From positions 3,941-67,940 of the forward strand of contig DATJHK010000008.1 of NCBI GenBank assembly GCA_035493875.1: 64,000 bases of DNA. The letters are read 5' to 3'. Below, one piece after another: positions 17,356 through 26,714 of the stretch. The stretch is from Candidatus Limnocylindria bacterium. GTDB taxonomy: Bacteria > Vulcanimicrobiota > Vulcanimicrobiia > Vulcanimicrobiales > Vulcanimicrobiaceae. The notes beneath the pieces were generated by a model, which saw nothing but the letters and a program-made list of their open reading frames with translations, searched no databases and was not told where the DNA came from. Position 1 is the first letter of the stretch. The number at the start of each line of letters is the position of its first letter. The position numbers and the translations under genes are program-made.

Positions 17356-19004
17356 GCGCCGTTCCCGCCCGCCGAAAAGCCGTTGCGCGCGAGCAGGAAC
17401 GGCCCGATCGCCATCGCGTCGACCGGCGCGGAGCCGAAACACTCGAGCGCATCGCGCGGGTCGTCGACCATCGGCCGTCCGGCGGTGTTCAGCGAGGTGT
17501 TCACGACGACGGGGACGCCGGTGCGTCGCTCGACCGCCTCGAGCATCCGCGCGACGAGCGGCTCTTCCGCCGGATCGACGGTCTGCACGCGCGCGGTCCC
17601 GTCGACGTGCACGACGGCCTGCAGCTTGTCGGTCCACTCCGGCTTGACGGTGTGGACGAACAGCATGTACGGCGATGGGAACGTGCCCTCGAAGATCCGC
17701 GGCGCACGCTCGAGGAGCGTCATCGGCGCGACGGGACGAAACTGCTCGCGCCCCTTGACGTCGTTGAGCCGGTGAAGCGTCGCGGCGTGCCGCGGGTTCG
17801 CGAGGAGCGAACGGTGCCCGAGCGCGCGCGGTCCGTACTCGCTGCGGCCCTGAAACCATGCGACGACGCCGTCGCGTTCGATCACCTCGGCGACCGCGTC
17901 GGCGATGTCGGGCGGACGGGTGTACGGCACGTGCGCCGTGCGCAGCCAGCCTTCGATCTCCGCGTCGCTCCAGCCGCGGCCGAGCGCCGCCGAACCCATC
18001 GGCTGTATCTCGTCGCCCATCTCGCGCGCGACGTAGAGCGCCGCGCCGAGCGCCGTTCCCGCGTCGCCCGCCGCCGGCTGGACCCAGACGTCATCGAAGG
18101 GTCCGTGCTCGGCGAGATACGCGTTCGCGACGACGTTGAGCGCGACGCCTCCGGCCATGACGAGCGCCCGCATCCCGCTGCGCTCGTGCAGCCATCGCGC
18201 GAGCTCGAGCATCGTCTCCTGCAGCGCGGCCTGCAGGCTCGCGGCGAGGTCCGCGTGGCCGTCGGCGAACGGTTCGCCCTCGGCGCGCGGCGGGACGAAG
18301 CGCGCGAAATCGACCGGCGAGGCGATGAAACCGCCGTCGCCGTCGGCGTGCATCGCGGCGCGCAGCTCGTCGCGCCAGTGCGGGCGCCCGTACGAGGCCA
18401 GCGCCATCACCTTGTACTCGTCCGAGGAGCGCTGGAAGCCGACGTGCATCGTCAGCTCCTCGTAGCGCAGCCCCAGCGAGTGCGGGAGTGCGACGCGGCG
18501 CAGCACCTCCAATTCGCCGCCGCGCACGACGCCCGCCAGGTACGAGGTCTGCTCGCCGCGCCCGTCGAGCACCATCACCGCGCAGTCGCGATGCGGCCCC
18601 GCGAGATACGCCGAGGCGGCGTGCGCGACGTGGTGCGGCACGAAGCGCACCTTCGCCCGATCGAGCCCCGGGAGAAGCGTCGCCAGAAAGCCCGGAGCGC
18701 GGCGCACGAAATAGGTGCGGAGCGCTTCGTACTCGTTGTCGTGCAGCTCGGCGCCGTCCGCCGGCGCAAGATCGGGATCGTACGAGTACGCGACCGCGTC
18801 GAGCCGATCAGGCGACACGTTGCCGTAGCGCAGCGCCCAGCGCGCGGCGTGTTCCGGCAACTCCCACGTCGAGAACGGGACGCATGGCTTCCCATGCTTG
18901 CGCCGCGTGAAACGCTCTTCTTCCGCCGCAGCGACGATCCGGCCGTCGACGACCAGCGCCGCAGCCGGATCATGGAACACCGCGTTGATACCCAACACTC
19001 GCAT
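17352..19004 (-). CDS. Carbamoyltransferase (NodU/CmcH family), first gene of the glycosylation operon
   Basis: 550 aa. MRVLGINAVFHDPAAALVVDGRIVAAAEEERFTRRKH is the family N-terminus. Later motifs are VMAGGVALNVVAN and VVVNTSLN. Confidence 0.85.
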   Translation of the reverse strand: MRVLGINAVFHDPAAALVVDGRIVAAAEEERFTRRKHGKPCVPFSTWELPEHAARWALRYGNVSPDRLDAVAYSYDPDLAPADGAELHDNEYEALRTYFVRRAPGFLATLLPGLDRAKVRFVPHHVAHAASAYLAGPHRDCAVMVLDGRGEQTSYLAGVVRGGELEVLRRVALPHSLGLRYEELTMHVGFQRSSDEYKVMALASYGRPHWRDELRAAMHADGDGGFIASPVDFARFVPPRAEGEPFADGHADLAASLQAALQETMLELARWLHERSGMRALVMAGGVALNVVANAYLAEHGPFDDVWVQPAAGDAGTALGAALYVAREMGDEIQPMGSAALGRGWSDAEIEGWLRTAHVPYTRPPDIADAVAEVIERDGVVAWFQGRSEYGPRALGHRSLLANPRHAATLHRLNDVKGREQFRPVAPMTLLERAPRIFEGTFPSPYMLFVHTVKPEWTDKLQAVVHVDGTARVQTVDPAEEPLVARMLEAVERRTGVPVVVNTSLNTAGRPMVDDPRDALECFGSAPVDAMAIGPFLLARNGFSAGGNGA

Positions 19005-19072
19005 TCGGGAGAAGCGATTCCCCGTGCGAAGTGCTGCGAAAACCTCTTAGCCGGTGAGGAGCGAAGCGAGCC

Positions 19073-19546
19073 TTACACCGCTGCGGGCGCGAGTCGCTCC
19101 TTCATCGCTTTCAGCTGCCCGCCGAGCTCGACCAACTCGTCTTCGTCGAACAGCTCCTTCGCGCCGGGGAAGAGCGCACGCTCTTCTTCCTTGACGTGCT
19201 CGTCGATCAGCTCGTGGAGCACCTTGAGCTTCGGCCGATACGCCTCGTCGCTCGCGTCGGCTTGTTGCAGCTCGCCTATGACCTTCTTCGCCAACGAGTG
19301 CTCTTCGTACGATTCCAGGACCAGCTCGCGCTCTTCGCGATGACCGCGCTGCGCGCGCTCCTTGACGGCCGGATAGAAGATCTGCTCCTCGATTTGCGTG
19401 TGCACCGTCAGCTCGTGGCAGATCTGGTCGCCGAGTTTCTTCAGCTGCGTCGTCGCACGATCGGAAAGCGCCTCCGCCTCTTTGAACAATGCTTTGACGG
19501 CTTTGTGATCGGCCTTGAGCAGGGCGATCGCGTCTTGTTGCCTCAT
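19073..19546 (-). CDS. Hemerythrin HHE cation-binding domain protein
   Basis: 157 aa: DAIALLKADHKAVKALF ... HTQIEEQIFYP ... EEHSLAK ... IDEHVKEEE. The H/E ligand pattern is hemerythrin-like. Confidence 0.8.
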   Translation of the reverse strand: MRQQDAIALLKADHKAVKALFKEAEALSDRATTQLKKLGDQICHELTVHTQIEEQIFYPAVKERAQRGHREERELVLESYEEHSLAKKVIGELQQADASDEAYRPKLKVLHELIDEHVKEEERALFPGAKELFDEDELVELGGQLKAMKERLAPAAV

Positions 19547-19630
19547 GGCGGGCTTCTGCCCACCGCGCGCGCGGCTACGCGCGGCCCTGGGCGAGCCGGT
19601 CAGCGTCGAAGCGACCGGCCCACCCGTCCG

Positions 19631-20773
19631 TCAGCTGTGCGCGGGCGCCGGCGCGGCTGACGACACCGCCGGAGACGCCGGTGCGGCGGGCGAGGAGGCC
19701 GGCAGCGGTACGGCGCCGGCGCTCGCAGCCGCGCTCGGCGCCGCCGAAGCGCTTCCCTTTGCCGCCGACGCGGCGCCGCGCGCCGCCGACGGCGCGGGCG
19801 CCGGCGTCGTCGCGGGCGACGGGAGCGCGTACAGCGCGAAGATCGCCGGACGGTTCGCGACGAGATGCAGCGGCGTCGCCGTCGCGGCGAACAGCAGGCG
19901 TTGCGGCGGAAGGGTCGCGCTCGCCGCAGCCGGCGCAACGCCCGGCGAGCCGCTGGGCCCCGGCGCCGTGTGCCCATCGCCGCCGCCGAACGCCAGTCGA
20001 CCCGCGGGATGCGTCGCCGGCGGGATCGTGGCGGACGCCGAGGGCGACGGTACGGGACTCGCCCCCGCGGCCGGCGCGCCGCTCGGCGGGACGGTCGGGA
20101 TCGGCGCGATCGTCGCGCGCGTGATCGGCGGCGGCGAGCTGCTCGCGTCGCGCTGCACGACGGCGAGCCGATAGTGCTCGTCCTTCTCGCCCGAATTCCA
20201 GAGCGCGATGCCGAACTCGCCGTCACGGTACTCCGAGGCAAGGTCGCGCGGGATGTCGACGGCGATCCGCGGATAGCTCGCCAGCGTCACGTCGTGCGTC
20301 GGCAGCAGCTTGATGTAGATCAGCGCGCGCGCGGGATGCGCGCGGCCCTTGCTGCTCTTGCCCTTCCCGCTCACGAAATTGAGATCGGGCCCTTCGTCGG
20401 GCTTCGTGTCGAAGAGCGTCGCGCCGATCGCGACCGAGAGAGCAGTCGGCATCGGCGCCGGAGTCGGCGAGGCGCCGTTCTTGCCCGGCTTGGGGGCCGG
20501 ACCGATCGTCGGGGCCGGCGCTGCCGGGAACGCGATCGCCCCCGAGTAGCCGCCGACCTCCGGCAGGTTCTGAAACGCGTCGGACTCACCGTAGGTGAGC
20601 ACGACGCTCGAGCTCGTCGCGGGCGGCGTCGGCGTCGCCGGACCGGACGGCCCGAGCGATCCCAGGGGGATCGGTGAGTTGGTCCCCGACCCGAACGAAC
20701 CCGAGCACGCCGCGATCGTTGCCCCCAACAGGACACAACCGGACGCCGCGGTGAGAACGCGCGCGAAACTCAT
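19631..20773 (-). CDS. Lipoprotein, Pro/Ala/Ser-rich, unknown function
   Basis: MSFARVLTAASGCVLLGATIAAC is a signal peptide with a lipobox-like IAAC. The central ~120 aa have ordinary composition (ALIYIKLLPTHDVTLASYPRIAVDIPRDLASEYRDGEFGIALWNSGEKDEHYRLAVVQRD) and are flanked by low-complexity P/A/S tracts. Confidence 0.6.
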   Translation of the reverse strand: MSFARVLTAASGCVLLGATIAACSGSFGSGTNSPIPLGSLGPSGPATPTPPATSSSVVLTYGESDAFQNLPEVGGYSGAIAFPAAPAPTIGPAPKPGKNGASPTPAPMPTALSVAIGATLFDTKPDEGPDLNFVSGKGKSSKGRAHPARALIYIKLLPTHDVTLASYPRIAVDIPRDLASEYRDGEFGIALWNSGEKDEHYRLAVVQRDASSSPPPITRATIAPIPTVPPSGAPAAGASPVPSPSASATIPPATHPAGRLAFGGGDGHTAPGPSGSPGVAPAAASATLPPQRLLFAATATPLHLVANRPAIFALYALPSPATTPAPAPSAARGAASAAKGSASAAPSAAASAGAVPLPASSPAAPASPAVSSAAPAPAHS

Positions 20774-20797
20774 CGCGCGCAGGGTTCGCCCTGCTCG

Positions 20798-22628
<1,831 letters not shown>

Positions 22629-22635
22629 ATCTTCG

Positions 22636-22665
22636 ACCTTACGTCCGCACCGGCGCGATTGTCAA
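22636..22665 (-). promoter_or_regulatory. Sigma70-like promoter TTGACA-N18-TAAGGT upstream of the TPP riboswitch
   Basis: Minus strand: TTGACA is the complement of 22660-22665 and TAAGGT the complement of 22636-22641. The spacer is 18 nt, and the riboswitch starts ~8-10 nt downstream. Confidence 0.45.
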
Positions 22666-22699
22666 GGACGGACACCACGCCGACCGGAAGCGAACGCGC

Positions 22700-23587
22700 G
22701 TGATCTCACGGCGGAGCGCGGTGCTCCTGGTCGCGCTCGCGCAGCTCGCCATCGGAGCGGCGGCGATCTTCGCGCGCTTCGCGCTGGTCTCGGGCGGGCC
22801 GCTCGCAGTCTCCTGGGCACGGCTGACCCTCGCGGCGATTCCCCTGCTCGGAATCGCCGCGCTGCGCGGACGCTTGCGCCCGGCGGGCGGTGCAACCGAG
22901 GTGCGTCTCGCGTTCGCCGGCCTGTTGCTCGCGACGCATTTCGCGACCTGGATCGCCTCGCTGCAACACGTGTCGGTCGCGATCTCGACGCTCCTGGTCT
23001 GCACGACCCCCGTCTGGACCGAAGTGTACGCCGTGGCGCGCCGCCGCCGCGTCGACGCGTTCGCCGCGCTGAGCGTCGCCGGCGCGCTCGCCGGCGTCGC
23101 GCTCGTCGTCGGCGCGCCCGATCGCGCCAACACGCCGCTGGGGATCGGTCTCGCGCTCGCGGGCGCTCTCGCGATCGCCGGCTACCTGCTCGTCGTGCGC
23201 GGCGTCGACAAGCGCGTCGACACGCTCGCGGTGACGGCGCGGACCTGCACCTTCGGCGCGCTCTTCCTCGGGATCGCGGTCGCCGTCACCCGCGATCACC
23301 TCCCGCCCGCGCACGATGCGACGGCGTGGGGTGGGATCGTCGCGATGGCGCTCGTCTCGCAGCTCTTCGGCCACACCGCGCTCAACGCCGCGGTGCGCGT
23401 GCTCAGCGCCACGTTCGTCTCCACCATGACGCTGCTCGAACCGGTGATCGCCGGACTCCTCGCCGCGTGGATCTTCGGTGAGCGGCTCGGCGCCACGACC
23501 GCGCTCGGGGCGCTCGTCATCCTCGTCGCGATTGCCGTCGCGCTGCGCGGGGAACAGAAGGCCGATGCAGTATCGCAAGATCGCTGA
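22700..23587 (+). CDS. EamA/DMT-family transporter
   Basis: 295 aa with ~10 predicted TM helices and a duplicated EamA-like pattern. GTG start. Confidence 0.8.
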   Translation: MISRRSAVLLVALAQLAIGAAAIFARFALVSGGPLAVSWARLTLAAIPLLGIAALRGRLRPAGGATEVRLAFAGLLLATHFATWIASLQHVSVAISTLLVCTTPVWTEVYAVARRRRVDAFAALSVAGALAGVALVVGAPDRANTPLGIGLALAGALAIAGYLLVVRGVDKRVDTLAVTARTCTFGALFLGIAVAVTRDHLPPAHDATAWGGIVAMALVSQLFGHTALNAAVRVLSATFVSTMTLLEPVIAGLLAAWIFGERLGATTALGALVILVAIAVALRGEQKADAVSQDR

Positions 23588-24014
23588 CGAGGCGGGGCTC
23601 GTCACCTACGCGCTGATCTTCGACGAAGGCGACGAGGCGTTCGCCGAGCTCGGGCGCTTCGCGCGCGAGACGGGGGTGAACGGCGCCTCGCTCAGCGGCG
23701 TCGGCGCGGGTTCGAAGGCCGTCGTCGGCTGGTTCGACTTCGACCGCAAGCAGTACGATCGCATCCCGATCGCCGAGCAGGTCGAAGTCCTCTCCCTGCT
23801 CGGCGACGTCGCGACGACCGAGGACGGGAAGCCGCAAGTCCACGCGCACGTCGTCCTCGGCCGCCGCGACGGCACGACCCGCGGCGGCCACCTCCTCGAG
23901 CTGCACGTGAAGCCGACGCTCGAAGTGATCGTCACCGAGACGCCGACGCACCTGCGCAAACGCTCGCTCCCCGACGTCCCGATCGCAACGATCCGCCTGC
24001 CCGAAAGCGGCTGA
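23565..24014 (+). CDS. PPC (DUF296) domain protein
   Basis: Trimmed to ATG 23565. MQYRKIADEAGLVTYALIFDEGDEAFAELGRFARETGVNGASLSGVGA ... HAHVVLGRRDGTTRGGHLLE matches the PPC/DUF296 pattern. It overlaps the EamA end by 23 nt. Confidence 0.7.
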   Translation: MQYRKIADEAGLVTYALIFDEGDEAFAELGRFARETGVNGASLSGVGAGSKAVVGWFDFDRKQYDRIPIAEQVEVLSLLGDVATTEDGKPQVHAHVVLGRRDGTTRGGHLLELHVKPTLEVIVTETPTHLRKRSLPDVPIATIRLPESG

Positions 24015-24073
24015 GCCGCCCTTGACACCCGGTCCCCTCCGCGTGAGAACATCGGCGTGGAGGAGACGACGTT

Positions 24074-24679
24074 ATGGCGATGCGGCTCGCTGATTTACGG
24101 ACGACGATCGACGCGGCGGTCGAAATCGTGCCGCCGCACCCCGTCTCCGACGAGGAGCTCATCGCGCTGGAGGAACGGTACGAACCGCTCACGTTCGAGC
24201 GCTTCGCCGACGGAACGCTGCTCGTGACGCCGCCGGCCGGGTTTCGCAGCGGCGCCCGCAATCTCGAGCTCGCTTATCAGGTAGGCGCGTGGGTGCGCGC
24301 GCACGAGGGCGTCGGCTCCAATTCGAGCGGCGGATTCACCCTCCCGGACACCTCACTGTTCGCCGCCGACGCGACGTACGTCTCACCCGAACGCTGGAGC
24401 GCCGCATCCGAAGCGACGTTTCCGACGCTCGTTCCGGACGCGGTGTTCGAGCTCATGTCGAAGTCCGACCGGCCGCGCACGACGCGCAAGAAGATCCTGG
24501 CCTATCTGCAAAACGGCGTGCGGCTCGTCGTGCTGCTCGATCCGTGGCGGCGGCGCGTCTTCGTCGGACATGAAGGCGACGAAGACGTGCGCGACCTCGG
24601 CGACGTCGCGACGCTCGACTGCGCACCGGCGGTGCCCGGGCTCGTGCTCGACGTCACGGCGATCTTCGGCGCGGCGTAA
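24074..24679 (+). CDS. Uma2-family (DUF820) putative endonuclease
   Basis: 201 aa. The core ...VPDAVFELMSKSDRPRTTRKKILAYLQNGVRLVVLLDP... matches the PD-(D/E)xK-like Uma2 pattern (PD..hEh.S......K...Y...GV.hhW.hDP). Confidence 0.7.
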   Translation: MAMRLADLRTTIDAAVEIVPPHPVSDEELIALEERYEPLTFERFADGTLLVTPPAGFRSGARNLELAYQVGAWVRAHEGVGSNSSGGFTLPDTSLFAADATYVSPERWSAASEATFPTLVPDAVFELMSKSDRPRTTRKKILAYLQNGVRLVVLLDPWRRRVFVGHEGDEDVRDLGDVATLDCAPAVPGLVLDVTAIFGAA

Positions 24680-24682
24680 GCG

Positions 24683-26638
24683 CTACATCTCCAGCAGCCG
24701 CAGCGCCGCGATCAGCTCGGCGACGCTCCAGGCCTGCGCGGGACACCCGGCGGGAAGATGCGGCGCGTCGCCGTCGGCGATCTCGGGGATGAAGCCGAGC
24801 GCGGCGCTCTCGAGCGCGTCGAGCAGCGGCGTGACGTAGCTTCGCGCGCGCTCGCGATCGCCGTACGCGCGCAGGTGCGCGCGCGCGAACGGGCCGAGCA
24901 GCCACGGCCAGACCGTGCCCTGGTGGTAAGCGCCGTCGCGCCGTTCCGGCGATCCGCCGTACGTGCCGACGTAGGCCGGATCCTCGGGTGCGAGCGTGCG
25001 CAGTCCCAGCGGCGTCCACAGGTTCGCCGCGCAGACGTCGACGATCGCCCGCGCGCGCTGCGCGCCGAACGCGCTCGCGGCGAGCGAGACGGCGAAAAGC
25101 TGATTCGGCCGCAGCGCGGGATCGTCGCCGTCCGGGCCGTCGAGCACGTCGAAGCACCAGCCGCGCTCGGCGTTCCAAAAACGCTCCATCGACGCCCCTG
25201 TGCGCTCGGCCATCGCGCGGTACGCGTTCGCCGGACGGCCGAGCCTCCGCGCGAACGTCTCGCACGCGCGCAGCGCGTTGTACCAGAGCGCCGAGATCTC
25301 GACCGGCTTGCCGTGGCGCGGCGTCACGACGTGGTCGCCGACCTTCGCATCCATCCATGTCAGCTGCACGCCGGCGATGCCGCCGTGGACGAGGCCGTCG
25401 TCGTCGACGCCGATCCCGTAGTGCGTCCCCGCGCGATAGCCGTCGATGACGGCCCGTACCGCAGGGAAGACGTCGACGAGCAGCGCTTCGTCGCCGGTCT
25501 GCGCGACGTAGGCCCGCACGGCCTCGACGAACCACAGTGAAGCGTCGATCGTGTTGTACAGCGCGGCGCCGCCGGCGTCGGGGAAGCAGTTGGGGACGAG
25601 ACCGTCGGCGACGTGCGCGGCGAACGTGCGCAGCACCGCCGCCGCGTCGCGCACGCGGCCCGTCGCGAGCAGCAGCCCGGGGAGCGCGATCATCGTGTCG
25701 CGGCCCCAGTCGGTGAACCAGGGGTAGCCCGCGACGATCGTCGTCCCGGCGTGTGGCCGTTCTCCGCGGCCCACGACGAACGCGTCGGCGGCGAGCGCGA
25801 GCGCGCCGAGCAGCGGCGTCGGCTGCGTCGCCGTGCGGGCGCGATTCGCTGCGCGGCGCGCCGCGACCAGCGCGTGCGCGTCGCGTTCGACCGCCGGATC
25901 GAGGCTGACGACGACACCTGCGCGGCCGGCTTCGGCGAGCGTCCACTCCAGCGTCAGCAGGTGCGCGTAGTCGTCGAGATCGGCGAGACCCCGTTCGGTC
26001 TCGCGCGCAAGCAGATACCCTTCGTAGGCTTCGCGCGTTTCGTGGGCGGCCGCGCCCCGCGCGAAGACGTGCAGCGTCCGCTGCGAGGCGGGGAGCGCGA
26101 TCGTCGTGAGATCCTCGCCGACGGTCGTCGCGAACGCCTCGAGCGGCGGGAGCTCCCCGCCGTGATGGTCACGGTCCGCGACGACGAGCCGCCCGCGCAC
26201 CGCGAGCGGTCCGTTCGCGCGCACGACGCGTAGCGCGATCGCCGTCGCGTCGGCGCCGAGCGGCATCGCCAGCGTCACCTCGAGCAGCGCGTCGCCGAGC
26301 GCGTAGGTCCAGCACGGCAAGCCGTCCTCGAGCGCGACGCTCTGCACCAGCCGCCATCCCTCCGGGGCGAGGTTCCCCGAGCGCCAGCGGTTCGTCGCGA
26401 GCTGGTAGCCATGGCCGGCGTAGTCGACGTCCAGGTCGAGCCGTGCGACGACGAGGCGGCGCGCGACCGGCGGATCGACCGCCGCGACGAGGAGCCCGTG
26501 GTAGCGGCGGGTCAGCGTCCCGGCGAGGGTCCCCATCGCGTACCCGCCGCGCCCGTTGGTGAGCAGCCACTCCCGGGCCTCCGCCGCCGCGAGGTCGGCG
26601 CAGAGCGATCGTCCGTATCGCACGCGGCGAGATGCCAC
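24683..26638 (-). CDS. Amylo-alpha-1,6-glucosidase / glycogen debranching enzyme (GDE_N + GDE_C type)
   Basis: 651 aa. The N-terminus has REWLLTNGRGGYAMGTLAGTLTRRYHGLL, and the C-terminal half has GYPWFTDWGRDTMIALPGL ... LTWMDAKVGDHVVTPRHGKPVEI ... YHQGTVWPWLLGPF. Confidence 0.85.
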   Translation of the reverse strand: MASRRVRYGRSLCADLAAAEAREWLLTNGRGGYAMGTLAGTLTRRYHGLLVAAVDPPVARRLVVARLDLDVDYAGHGYQLATNRWRSGNLAPEGWRLVQSVALEDGLPCWTYALGDALLEVTLAMPLGADATAIALRVVRANGPLAVRGRLVVADRDHHGGELPPLEAFATTVGEDLTTIALPASQRTLHVFARGAAAHETREAYEGYLLARETERGLADLDDYAHLLTLEWTLAEAGRAGVVVSLDPAVERDAHALVAARRAANRARTATQPTPLLGALALAADAFVVGRGERPHAGTTIVAGYPWFTDWGRDTMIALPGLLLATGRVRDAAAVLRTFAAHVADGLVPNCFPDAGGAALYNTIDASLWFVEAVRAYVAQTGDEALLVDVFPAVRAVIDGYRAGTHYGIGVDDDGLVHGGIAGVQLTWMDAKVGDHVVTPRHGKPVEISALWYNALRACETFARRLGRPANAYRAMAERTGASMERFWNAERGWCFDVLDGPDGDDPALRPNQLFAVSLAASAFGAQRARAIVDVCAANLWTPLGLRTLAPEDPAYVGTYGGSPERRDGAYHQGTVWPWLLGPFARAHLRAYGDRERARSYVTPLLDALESAALGFIPEIADGDAPHLPAGCPAQAWSVAELIAALRLLEM

Positions 26639-26714
26639 GAACGGCGCCCGCGCACCTCGCCGAATGGCCGCATCGCAAGAGGAAACCCGCGGCGCGAACG
26701 GCGAGGAACCCGGT

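Noticed and set aside
14960-17647. 895-aa plus-strand ORF across the glycosylation operon
   Set aside because: It is antisense to four genes that carry clear family motifs. It is Arg/Ser/Ala/Pro-rich with no domain signatures.
19058-19069. Shared 11-mer GGAGCGAAGCG at 19058 and 37573 as a possible dispersed motif
   Set aside because: There are only two copies of a short GC-rich word in 64 kb of high-GC DNA. This could easily be chance, and the flanks are not similar.
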